DNA of 44,825 nucleotides from Methanobacteriota archaeon (lineage in GTDB: Archaea; Hydrothermarchaeota; Hydrothermarchaeia; Hydrothermarchaeales; JACRDW01): the NCBI GenBank assembly GCA_043820925.1, contig JBDRDL010000077.1, forward strand, positions 1 to 44,825, in the 5' to 3' direction. A model generated the notes under the pieces. It was not told the DNA's origin. It saw only the letters and a program-made list of their open reading frames with translations, and ran no database searches. Position numbers and translations under genes: made by a program. Of this stretch, positions 1 through 8,154 are shown piece after piece (positions within the stretch are counted from its first letter, which is position 1; every line of letters starts with the position of its first letter).

Positions 1-575
1 GCTCCGAGGTTTTTTGCCTCGCTCATTAATTCCTCCTCTGGCATGCTCTGCAGCTTTCTTATCTCCTCCATAACAGCACGCATGTGCCGAACAGCCTCGA
101 CAATGTTCCCGCTGCCAGCCTCGCCTTTTGTTCTAATCATCGCAGCTCCTTCTCCAATTCTCCGCAGCGCTTCGCCTAAATTTCGGGCGCCGCAAACAAA
201 CGGAACTTTAAATCTGCGCTTGTCTATGTGGTGTGCTTCGTCCGCAGGGGTTAGAACCTCGCTCTCGTCTATAAAGTCAACCCCCATTGATTCAAGAACC
301 TGTGCCTCTGCGAAGTGCCCTATTCTGACCTTTGCCATCACAGGTATAGTAACCGAATCCATTATTTCCTGAATTTTCTTTGGGTCTGCCATCCTCGCCA
401 CGCCGCCAGCAGAGCGTATATCTGCTGGAACTCTCTCCAGAGCCATAACAGCTACCGCACCTGCTTCCTCCGCAATAATCGCCTGCTCTGCGTTGGTTAC
501 ATCCATTATAACGCCGCCCTTCAGCATTTGCGCCAAGCCACGCTTAAGCTTCTCAGTACCGTATTCTGCTTCCAT
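1..575 (-). CDS. pdxS: Pyridoxal 5'-phosphate synthase lyase subunit (runs off window start)
   Basis: Manual translation from ATG at 575: [32 protein letters not shown]...; typical PdxS N-terminus. Not in the ORF track because it is truncated. Confidence 0.95.
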   Translation of the reverse strand, partial: MEAEYGTEKLKRGLAQMLKGGVIMDVTNAEQAIIAEEAGAVAVMALERVPADIRSAGGVARMADPKKIQEIMDSVTIPVMAKVRIGHFAEAQVLESMGVDFIDESEVLTPADEAHHIDKRRFKVPFVCGARNLGEALRRIGEGAAMIRTKGEAGSGNIVEAVRHMRAVMEEIRKLQSMPEEELMSEAKNLG

Positions 576-577
576 CT

Positions 578-1903
578 TTATCCTCCGATGAATTTCAAAA
601 CATAATTTTTCTTTTTTATCGCACGGCTCCTAGCTTTCTCTATACAGCCTTGCATTTTTTCAGCATTTTTTGGAGCTTTTTCTCCTATGACTTTTTTTAT
701 TTTAGTATAAGCAGATTCCCTGAACATAGGTTTGAAATCGTATTCTCTCTTTCCTAAGATTTTTGCTCCCTTTCCTTTTTCTACATATCCCACTTCATAA
801 AATTTTGCTGCTTTTTTAACTTTTCCAGCATATTCTTCGGGCAGGATTAACATGAGCGAGTCTGTAGAAATTCCGAGGTGGTCAATGTCCAGTTCTCTGA
901 GCATCCTCAGAACTTTTTTATTCACAGTTTTTTCAAGAATTTCTTCATGAAATACCAGCTTTTTTCCAGAAATCTCGGAAATCTCTTTTGCATCGCCTCG
1001 CAGCCCGCCGTTCGTAACATCGCTCATCGCATGCACATGGCGGAGCAAATTCGACCTAAGGAGTTTCTCGCACGCAAGCATAAATTCGACGTTCAGCGTT
1101 TCTTTTATTACTCTGAAGTAACCGCTGTACAGGGCTATCGTGGTTATAGTTCCGCCGCCAGCACCTTCACTCATTAGTATTGCGTCCCCAACCTCTGCAT
1201 TTTTCCTAGCCTTTGGCAGTTCGCTACTTGCTCCTACCGCCCCGACAGCAGCGACGAGGCGATCGCCAAATACCATATCGCCTCCTATACGCAGAGTGCT
1301 TCCAGATACGAGCGGAGTTTTTGTTAATTCGCCGACTGCGGCGGCTCCGGCTGTAAAGTCGAAGAGCTTGCCTATGTCGCCGTCATCGCCGAGATGCAAG
1401 TCGCTTATCATTGCAACTGGCGAGGAGCCCATCACGTAAACATCTCTAAGTGCAGCTCTCGCTGCGTGAAAGCCTGCGAGAAAAGGAAATTCGCTTAAGC
1501 GGGAGTGCATTCCGTCAATTGCAACCGTTACGTACCGTGACGAGACCTGAACTACGCCTGCGTCGTCCTGCTGCATGGCATCTACGAGTGCTCCAGTTTT
1601 TCCGATAATTTCTGCGAGCTTGTGGTGCACAAAAAAATCTCCCGCCCCCCTGCTTCCGACTCCAAATTCCCCCATTGTTACATTTGCTCTTGGATATTCT
1701 ATTAAATTTTTCAGAAATTTGTCCTTTAGTTTTTTGTACTTTAGTGCCGTTATTACTTCATCGTAAACCGCTTTCGAAAATTCTTCTCTTTTTTTGAGAT
1801 TCCAGTTTTTGAATTCTTTTATAGCCTCTGCTAGCTCTGCGACGATTTTTCCCTCGTCGTATCCGCTGAGAATTCTTCTCCTGGTAAAACCTTCTAAATC
1901 CAA
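578..1903 (-). CDS. AIR synthase-related (PurM/HypE/ThiL fold) protein, archaeal type
   Basis: 441 aa; [27 protein letters not shown] motifs of the PurM-like superfamily. Confidence 0.8.
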   Translation of the reverse strand: MDLEGFTRRRILSGYDEGKIVAELAEAIKEFKNWNLKKREEFSKAVYDEVITALKYKKLKDKFLKNLIEYPRANVTMGEFGVGSRGAGDFFVHHKLAEIIGKTGALVDAMQQDDAGVVQVSSRYVTVAIDGMHSRLSEFPFLAGFHAARAALRDVYVMGSSPVAMISDLHLGDDGDIGKLFDFTAGAAAVGELTKTPLVSGSTLRIGGDMVFGDRLVAAVGAVGASSELPKARKNAEVGDAILMSEGAGGGTITTIALYSGYFRVIKETLNVEFMLACEKLLRSNLLRHVHAMSDVTNGGLRGDAKEISEISGKKLVFHEEILEKTVNKKVLRMLRELDIDHLGISTDSLMLILPEEYAGKVKKAAKFYEVGYVEKGKGAKILGKREYDFKPMFRESAYTKIKKVIGEKAPKNAEKMQGCIEKARSRAIKKKNYVLKFIGG

Positions 1904-1905
1904 TA

Positions 1906-2418
1906 TTATCGCCCTTTGAGAGAATTCGCAATTGCCCAGCCGAATTTTTCAGCAGAGCCCGGACCGTCGGCAGTTATTATTTTGCCGTCTATCTCCACGC
2001 CTGCACCGGTGTAATTTGCGCCTTTGGACTTTATTTTGCCTACTTCTGACGACCAAACGGTAGCTTTCCTTCCAGCGAGCAGCCCGGCGTTTGCTAGAGT
2101 TACGGGTGCAATGCATATTGCGCCGAGAAGCTTTTTGGATTCGGCAGCTTTTCTCGCAATAGAATGTGCCAGCGAATCATTCCAATACTCCTGCGCCCCT
2201 GTGCCGCCCACAAAAATTACTGCATCGTAATCCTCAACCCTCGCATCTCTCAGAAGAATGTCCGGCTTTACCTTTGCCCCGAGCATTCCAGTAGCGGTTT
2301 CCAAGGAGGAAGAGGCTATCGTAACCTCAACGCCCTGCTCTTCCAGAACTTTCTTTGGCTTGAGCAGCTCCTCGTCTCTGAATCTCTGGCTGGCGATTAT
2401 CATCAAGACTTTTGGCAT
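1906..2418 (-). CDS. DJ-1/PfpI family protein
   Basis: FRDEE, YDAVIFVGG, GAICIAP nucleophile elbow, IITADGP; GGAGGTG RBS upstream. Confidence 0.9.
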   Translation of the reverse strand: MPKVLMIIASQRFRDEELLKPKKVLEEQGVEVTIASSSLETATGMLGAKVKPDILLRDARVEDYDAVIFVGGTGAQEYWNDSLAHSIARKAAESKKLLGAICIAPVTLANAGLLAGRKATVWSSEVGKIKSKGANYTGAGVEIDGKIITADGPGSAEKFGWAIANSLKGR

Positions 2419-2436
2419 TACAACACCTCCGGAACG

Positions 2437-2484
2437 CAGACGTAGGGGGTCAAACAGGCTTGTGCTAATGACCCCCTACGTCAA
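2437..2484. repeat. Stem-loop repeat element, copy 1
   Basis: Perfect 14-bp inverted repeat GACGTAGGGGGTCA (2439-2452) / TGACCCCCTACGTC (2469-2482), 16-nt loop; second copy at 12493-12538. Confidence 0.9.
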
Positions 2485-2556
2485 TTTTTTTCTCGCTGGT
2501 ACATAATGTTGCTTTTTTACCTATAAATTTATATTGTTCGTGGTCTATTTGCATTC

Positions 2557-3158
2557 ATGATTTCGCTGCTAGACTTCTTTGCACTGGCAATATTTTTCAT
2601 ATGCACGATAGGCTATCACAGCATATACTATTATCAAGAATGCCGATGAGTACTGCGAAGGGCAAGATAAACCTGTATAGACGCTCCTGGGTAGAGGAAA
2701 TCGTAGAGAAGAGGGACATCCTAACGGCTGTACATCAGGTGAGGAATCTCACGATGGTTGCGACAATGTTTACTTCTTCTTCGCTGCTAATACTGGGAGT
2801 TATAGCGAATATTTTTATGACGAAGTATTCTCCGGGCACTGACATTTTCAGCATAAAGGTGTATCTGCTTATGACGCTCTTCGGCACTTCTTTCTTGCTT
2901 TTTCTGTTCTCGCTGCGCCACCTGAATTATTTTTCAATATTGATAGGCGCAAAAAAGGAAGTGATAGAGAGTACTGAAAAAGACATGGTGGAGATGCTCT
3001 CTGAGAGGCTGAACCTTGCGATGAACAGATATACGCTTGGAGCGAGGTGCTTCTACTACAGCCTTGCGGTAATGGCATGGTTCTTCAGCACCTGGGCATT
3101 CATAGCGATAACCCTGCTCGTAACCCTGATGGTGATAGTGACCAGAGATTTTAAATGA
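2557..3158 (+). pseudogene. DUF599-family membrane protein, frameshifted near 2630-2640 (pseudogene or sequence error)
   Basis: ATG 2557 gives MISLLDFFALAIFFICTIGYHSIYYY then TGA 2647; the rest (RRSW...AVHQVRN...N.YTLGARCFYYSL..MAWFF) lies in the -1 frame. Confidence 0.7.
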
Positions 3159-3756
3159 ATCCCTTGACGATGTCTATAAAATTCTTCAAAACTCGCAGCC
3201 CGGCAGCGCCGCTCTTTTCAGGGTGAAACTGCGCAGCGTATATGTTGCCTTTTTCCACGACTGCTGCAAATTTAACTCCATATTCCGCAGTCGCTATTGT
3301 AACATCTTCTTCCGGGGCTGCATAGTAAGAGTGCACGAAGTAGAAGTACTCTCCATCTTTTATCCCTTCGAGCAGTGCGCCTTTTCTTTTTATATCAATG
3401 CTGTTCCATCCCATTTGAGGAATTTTCACGTTTTTCGGAAGTTTGACGACCCTGCCCTGCATCAGATTTAAACCCCTGTGCAGTCCGTCTTCCTCGCTCT
3501 CGGTAAAGAGCAGCTGCATCCCGAGGCAGATTCCCAGCACAGGCTTTTTATTTTTTTTCAGAATTTTTTCAAATTTTTGCAGCTGTTTTATCGCATCGCA
3601 AAATGCGCCAACGCCTGGGAGCACGAGCGCATCGCTGCTTTCAATTACTTCTGCATCGCTGGTTATCACTGCTGCTGCGCCGCCGTAAGCAAGACCTCTC
3701 TCAACGCTTCTCAGGTTGCCGATTCCGTAGTCCAAAATTGCGATTTTTGGTTTCAT
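3151..3756 (-). CDS. hisH: Imidazole glycerol phosphate synthase, glutaminase subunit
   Basis: DYGIGNL, LPGVGAF, GICLGMQ, FVHSY, QFHPEKS. Confidence 0.97.
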   Translation of the reverse strand: MKPKIAILDYGIGNLRSVERGLAYGGAAAVITSDAEVIESSDALVLPGVGAFCDAIKQLQKFEKILKKNKKPVLGICLGMQLLFTESEEDGLHRGLNLMQGRVVKLPKNVKIPQMGWNSIDIKRKGALLEGIKDGEYFYFVHSYYAAPEEDVTIATAEYGVKFAAVVEKGNIYAAQFHPEKSGAAGLRVLKNFIDIVKGFI

Positions 3757-3870
3757 AACAAGCTGTATTTAAGGACGAGGCTTTTAACCCATTTTTCGCA
3801 AAAAATCCGTGACCTTTAGGTCGGGAATGAATTGTGAACTCTTTTTTTTACCTCCGCTATCGAACTATAG

Positions 3871-3918
3871 CTGTGGCGCGGCACCGCCCTACCGGGCGGT
3901 CTTGGAACCGCTCCACAG
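3871..3918 (+). promoter_or_regulatory. GC-rich leader hairpin abutting the tnpA ribosome-binding site
   Basis: CTGTGGCGCGG/CCGCTCCACAG outer stem, ACCGCCC-TACC-GGGCGGT inner stem; ends at AGGAG (3917-3921) upstream of ATG 3931. Confidence 0.55.
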
Positions 3919-3930
3919 GAGTCGATACAA

Positions 3931-4421
3931 ATGAATGCAAGCAATCTGGTTAGCTTCAGCCATGCGAAAGGGCAGCTCACGTATCACCTCGAGTGGGCGC
4001 CAAAGTATCACTTCGCAAGAAAGATGGCACACATGCCGTCTTCCTGACGGAATGCTACAATATGTTCAGGCAGGAGAAGTATATAAAGATGTGCGAGGAA
4101 ATCCTGCGGGAAGTCGCAAGTAGGCACGGCATAGCTGTACGGGAGCTGAGCGTGATGCCGGATCACGTGCATGCTGTTGTGGACGTTCCTCCTACAACGA
4201 GCGTTTCGAAAGCTCTAAATCTGCTCAAAGGCGCATCTGCTTACGAGCTTTTCAGGCGCCAGCCGAAGTTCAGGCTACGCTACCCGAGAGGGCATTTCTG
4301 GAGCGCAGGCAAATTCTATAGAAGCGTGGGCGATGCAGACCTTGAGACCACAGTGGAGTACGTGAGAGACCAAAAGGAGATACACCCACACCAAACTACG
4401 CTTATGCGATTCAGCTTCTAA
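3931..4421 (+). pseudogene. tnpA: Y1 HUH transposase TnpA interrupted by a 44-nt insertion
   Basis: ATG 3931 gives MNASNLVSFSHAKGQLTYHLEWAPKY; removing 4010-4053 restores PKYRYNMFRQ...; HUH (DHVH) and catalytic Tyr (EYVRDQ) intact in the downstream frame. Confidence 0.85.
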
Positions 4422-4540
4422 GAAACCCCAACATTTATGTTGGGGAGTAGGTCATTATTGATGCAGGAGAGAGTTATGGAAGGGAAAGTAAAGAGCAGTA
4501 TAAACCTCTTATTTTTATAAATGCTTTAAACAGGTTAGCT

Positions 4541-4666
4541 TTATTGACCGGAACTATCGATGTCCAGAAATTGCTCTTCGTGTGAGAGCACCTCCTCTCC
4601 CAGCGCTACGATGAGCATGCTTAGAAATCCAAAAGGCAGCGCCAGCGCGATGTTGAGCACTTTCAA
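4541..4666 (-). CDS. Possible 41-aa single-TM peptide or gene remnant
   Basis: TTG-started MKVLNIALALPFGFLSMLIVALGEEVLSHEEQFLDIDSSGQ; hydrophobic N-half; no family recognised. Confidence 0.25.
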   Translation of the reverse strand: MKVLNIALALPFGFLSMLIVALGEEVLSHEEQFLDIDSSGQ

Positions 4667-4733
4667 AGCTTTTCGCCGCTCAACCTTTAAATCCTTAATA
4701 AATTTATATAACCCCTTATTATACTACTACCTA

Positions 4734-5186
4734 ATGACCAAAGTGTACTTAGATGCCTGCGTCTGGGGCAGACCATTCGACGATCAGAGCGATAAGAAGA
4801 TAGCCGAAGAAACAGCAGCATATTTTGAAATCGCTTGGAAAATAGACTCTAAAGAAATAGAAGTCGTTGGTTCAGAAGTGCTTTTTTCAGAACTGGAAGA
4901 TATTTCAGATGAAAACCTGAGGGAAAAAATCAAACTACTTGTAACAAAGGCGACCTCCAATGTCGTGAGACTTGATGATGAAGTCAAAGAAATTGCCATT
5001 CGACTAGAAGAAAAATGCAAATGTTTAGGTACCGATGCCCTGCATATTGCTACTGCAGTTATTGGGCACGTTGATTTTTTTATTACCACTGATTATGAGC
5101 TACTCAAAAAGAAAACGTGCATAAAACAAAAATTCAATATCGATGTTATAAATCCGGTTAACTTTGTGAGGAATTTGTATGGGTGA
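4734..5186 (+). CDS. vapC: PIN-domain (VapC-like) toxin
   Basis: True start likely ATG 4734: MTKVYLDACVWGRPFDDQ...DALHIATA...FFITTD..L...NPV. Confidence 0.9.
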   Translation: MTKVYLDACVWGRPFDDQSDKKIAEETAAYFEIAWKIDSKEIEVVGSEVLFSELEDISDENLREKIKLLVTKATSNVVRLDDEVKEIAIRLEEKCKCLGTDALHIATAVIGHVDFFITTDYELLKKKTCIKQKFNIDVINPVNFVRNLYG

Positions 5187-5385
5187 AGCAGTTTTAAATG
5201 ATAAAGACCTCGTGAAAAAAGCTTTCAGTTTGCTTGAAAAAGAGATGAGCCTCGTAGAATATACTAGATTTCTTCAGCTCATAACTCCGAGCAAGGGGGA
5301 CTTAACAAAAGAACTTGTAGAAAAACGTAAAAAGTTAAATGTCGATGCTGCTTATGAAAAATTCCTAAAGAGGATAAAAAAGTAA
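5179..5385 (+). CDS. Putative antitoxin partner of the PIN toxin
   Basis: 68 aa, overlaps toxin stop; RFLQLI...GD motif shared with the partner gene at 10306-10419. Confidence 0.7.
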   Translation: MGEAVLNDKDLVKKAFSLLEKEMSLVEYTRFLQLITPSKGDLTKELVEKRKKLNVDAAYEKFLKRIKK

Positions 5386-5403
5386 CTTTAGCTATTTAAT
5401 CCG

Positions 5404-5431
5404 ATTTACGTTAAATATATTTAACGTTGAT
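5404..5431. other. dif/Xer-like 11-6-11 palindrome
   Basis: ATTTACGTTAA-ATATAT-TTAACGTTGAT; perfect 20-bp palindrome core at 5408-5427. Confidence 0.4.
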
Positions 5432-5465
5432 TTAATTTAACATTAGCTACGATGCTATAATTTTC

Positions 5466-6206
5466 CTAGCATTCCCAACAATAATTTAATACTTGCGTCC
5501 AAAAAGTACGTGCTTTAAGTTCAAAATAAATTCTTTCAACATTCCAGATATCAGCTATCTTTGGAATCTCATCAGCGGGTATATCTGCTTGAATTTCCCT
5601 TTTATCAAAATCAGAGCCTCTTACTACACCAATTTTAGAAAGGGAACCCAAAATATTATTAAACTCACTTTTTGTACAGCACCATAGCATTACTACTTTT
5701 ATGCCCAATTTTTCTTTACCAGTTATTACATGTTTTTCTCCAGCAAGTTCGATAACTTTGCCTTTGTTATTTTCCAAGAAATTAACTACTCTCACTAAAT
5801 CTGATTCAACTTTACTGTTTTTCCATTCTGCTGTAATCGTACTGGTAAAATCACTAGTAGAAGGTCTAAAGAAATTACTGCTTAAAAAAATACTAATTAG
5901 ACTGGCGCATAGAATAATACCTAATGAAGAAATTACCAATTTTTTACGCTTCCTCATTATGTCAAGAACTTTACAAACACAGATTATTTCCTTACCTTTC
6001 AGAAGGAAGAAGATGCTTATCACAGCTGTGACAATTCCTAAGATTATAAGCGGTATTCTCCACTGATGTAAGAAGGCAGCGGCTGTCAAAAGGCCAAGTG
6101 GTACGAGCAGGCCACAACATATAATTGTGAATAGAGTTATTACTACTCCAATAATAGCTGCAGTTAAAGGGCGTTTTTGAGTTTTGATTTTATTTTTATC
6201 TCTCAT
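5466..6206 (-). CDS. Cys-rich membrane protein: MerT-like N-terminal TM region plus C-terminal ferredoxin-like/HMA-like domain
   Basis: TM1 with vicinal CC (TIICCGLLVPLG), HQWRIPLIILG, CVC loop, further TM, soluble domain with WCC and terminal CWEC. Confidence 0.55.
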   Translation of the reverse strand: MRDKNKIKTQKRPLTAAIIGVVITLFTIICCGLLVPLGLLTAAAFLHQWRIPLIILGIVTAVISIFFLLKGKEIICVCKVLDIMRKRKKLVISSLGIILCASLISIFLSSNFFRPSTSDFTSTITAEWKNSKVESDLVRVVNFLENNKGKVIELAGEKHVITGKEKLGIKVVMLWCCTKSEFNNILGSLSKIGVVRGSDFDKREIQADIPADEIPKIADIWNVERIYFELKARTFWTQVLNYCWEC

Positions 6207-6635
6207 CTCTCATGAGGCTGGTGAATAATCACTTTTCAGCCCTCCTTACCCTACAGCGATGTCATCAAACTATAAAAACCTTATGTTCTCACGCTGATTT
6301 TCTCTCTGTCGGCACCATGAGAGGTTCAAAATTCATTGCAAAAATGCGAAAATAAACTTCATCTGCATTCCCATCCTAAGTAAAATCGGGGGGTCAAGGT
6401 GAGACTTTGAGCCGAAAGAAACAAGATACGTGCAGGTTCAAAAGGCTCAAAGGCGAAGGGGACGAGCGGAGGCGATGTCCCCCTTCATAAATCCTGAGAA
6501 CGGACGGGTATCTCTTATCAGATGTAAGTGATTAGATTTGAAAATGTGTGAAAAATCGGTTCACAAATGGGACACACCAGTATGTCTTTCCCAATCTGCA
6601 GGTAATCAATGAAGAGCAGGAGTTCTTGTCGAATC

Positions 6636-7328
6636 TTAATCTTCTAATTTTTTAATGAACTCTTCGTCGATCTCCCACTCTTCTATAGTCTCTGGTTTTT
6701 TAATTCTCCATGTGATCTTGCAGCATATTGCTGGTTCTGGATATGCTCCTACGTCGTATAGCGTATAGTCCATGAATTTTATAGGTTTCTCTTGATAGCA
6801 AGACCAGACCGCTTTGCTTACCACTTCTTTATTAGTCTCTCCTAGGAGGTCGATCAAGACCACTTGCTTCCTAAACCGTTCAATGGCTTCCAAAGGAATG
6901 TTAAACAGGTAAGGAGTTGGTGCCTTTGTTCCCATGATGGTTCGCCTATCATTGATTCCATTCCTCAAAAGTGCTTTGATAGCATCTCCCGTATTGTGTC
7001 CTTCAACCTCTCCGCCGCAGAGAACCAAGTAGCGGATATTGGGGTTTCCAACAACGTTACAGATTATTTTCTCGATTCCTATATTCTCGGTTTGAATCGT
7101 GCCGCCTAAGGCTGCACCTGTCTCAACAGCAAGTCTTACCAGATTCTCGATGTGTGGAGGTATCTCTATATCCTTCGTATCGGGTTGATTTGGAAGGGGT
7201 CTTGGCGCGTTCAACAAAACTGCAACAGCCACTGGAGAGTAGTCGTTTCCTCGTAGGTAATGCCCCTCCTCAGGAGGGTATTCTGGTGAGGGTTTAACCT
7301 TTAAAATCTCTGGCTTAGCTTCGCTCAT
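6636..7328 (-). CDS. mtrA: Stand-alone MtrA-like corrinoid-binding methyltransferase subunit
   Basis: GAALGGTIQTENIGIEKIICNVVGNPNIRYLVLCGGEVEGHNTG and AIERFRKQV match the MtrA signature incl. the cobamide-ligand His; no C-terminal TM anchor; no other mtr genes in window. Confidence 0.85.
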   Translation of the reverse strand: MSEAKPEILKVKPSPEYPPEEGHYLRGNDYSPVAVAVLLNAPRPLPNQPDTKDIEIPPHIENLVRLAVETGAALGGTIQTENIGIEKIICNVVGNPNIRYLVLCGGEVEGHNTGDAIKALLRNGINDRRTIMGTKAPTPYLFNIPLEAIERFRKQVVLIDLLGETNKEVVSKAVWSCYQEKPIKFMDYTLYDVGAYPEPAICCKITWRIKKPETIEEWEIDEEFIKKLED

Positions 7329-7338
7329 ACTACACCAT

Positions 7339-7464
7339 CTACTTCTTTTTCTTGGGCGATATGCAGCATTTGGTCTTTCCCCTGGGCTTCAGGTATTTGC
7401 AATCAGCACAGTCATCTGGAAAGTCGATTTTCTTACTGGTTTCAGGGCAAACTTTCTTAGCCAT
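7339..7464 (-). CDS. Small Cys-rich protein (41 aa), not in ORF track
   Basis: MAKKVCPETSKKIDFPDDCADCKYLKPRGKTKCCISPKKKK; GGAGGTGG RBS; fills the gap between co-oriented genes. Confidence 0.75.
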   Translation of the reverse strand: MAKKVCPETSKKIDFPDDCADCKYLKPRGKTKCCISPKKKK

Positions 7465-7486
7465 AACAATCCACCTCCATTCTTAA

Positions 7487-7840
7487 TTAGGGTGGTGCGG
7501 GCTCGGTGATGAGTTTCAGCAAGTCTAAGGCGCCTGTTGCGAAGCATCCGGGCCCAATCTTACAGTTTCCAGCAGTCTTTTGACAGGGACCTGGCTCTCT
7601 GGGCAATCCTTCAGCAGCATTTAAATACTCATCGATTCTTGTTACTAGTTCCTTCTTCTTCTCCTCCGTAATTGCTGCCTTTTCCAAGTCCCTCTTCAGC
7701 TTTCCCATCATTTTGATCCACCTGTTCACAGCAACTGGAAGATTCATGGCCTTTCCACACATATCCTTGGTTAAAGCCTGAAAGGCGGCGAATACAACGT
7801 TGTAACCCCGAAGTTGATTCTCAAAATATAATTCAGACAT
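7487..7840 (-). CDS. Cys-containing helical protein, paralogue A
   Basis: FENQLRGY...EEKKKEL.TRID...CQKTAGNC...GC; clear similarity to 8155-8514. Confidence 0.8.
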   Translation of the reverse strand: MSELYFENQLRGYNVVFAAFQALTKDMCGKAMNLPVAVNRWIKMMGKLKRDLEKAAITEEKKKELVTRIDEYLNAAEGLPREPGPCQKTAGNCKIGPGCFATGALDLLKLITEPAPP

Positions 7841-7856
7841 AACTCGCCCTCGAGTT

Positions 7857-8066
7857 TCAGGTGCAACATGATTTCTTTTCAGTGGACTCCTCTACGTATT
7901 TCATGGGTTCTCCACAGTGTTTCAGCATCTCTATGCTCTCGGTGTGGCCAGGCATTGGACAGTATAGTTTGGCTGGATCTGCTCCTGGTTTTCCCGGTCC
8001 GCAGTGGACGGTTGGAACCTCCTGTTCAGTTGGACAACCCGGCTTTGCGCAAACCAGTTTCGCCAT
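7857..8066 (-). CDS. Small Cys/His-rich putative metal-binding protein
   Basis: CAKPGC...HCG...CPMPGH...HCGEPM...KKSCCT (internally repeated motif, C-terminal CC); GGAGGTGA RBS. Confidence 0.8.
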   Translation of the reverse strand: MAKLVCAKPGCPTEQEVPTVHCGPGKPGADPAKLYCPMPGHTESIEMLKHCGEPMKYVEESTEKKSCCT

Positions 8067-8154
8067 TGTTTCACCTCCTTTTTAATTATACTATATTTTC
8101 TATGTTATCGGCAATTTTTCCAGGTTGTTAACTACATTCTCTAGCAATACTAAA

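Larger units (their letters stand above)
3796..4454 (+). mobile_element. IS200/IS605-family element, tnpA only (no tnpB)
   Basis: Left-end hairpin TCCGTGACC-TTTA-GGTCGGGA (~3806-3826); right-end hairpin CCCCAACA-TTTA-TGTTGGGG (4426-4445) followed by AGTAGGTCA; encloses a Y1 transposase. Exact ends approximate. Confidence 0.85.

Noticed and set aside
2437..2484. CRISPR repeat or tRNA
   Set aside because: Only two copies 10 kb apart, no repeat-spacer array, no cas genes and no cloverleaf.
4004..4056. 44-nt tnpA insert as a bulge-helix-bulge archaeal intron
   Set aside because: At the frame-restoring junctions the required 4-bp central helix (AGUA vs CGGA) does not pair, so there is no canonical BHB.
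4422..4540. tnpB or omega-RNA associated with the IS
   Set aside because: The right-end hairpin follows the tnpA stop directly; no RuvC-like ORF is present.
6636..7328. hgcA, or evidence of a methanogenic Mtr complex
   Set aside because: No N(V/I)WCA(A/G)GK cap-helix motif or TM domain of HgcA, no hgcB-type ferredoxin, and no other mtr subunits in the window.
7857..7859. Selenocysteine read-through of the TGA after SCCT
   Set aside because: Read-through adds only a few residues before another TGA and runs into the next gene; no convincing archaeal SECIS seen.
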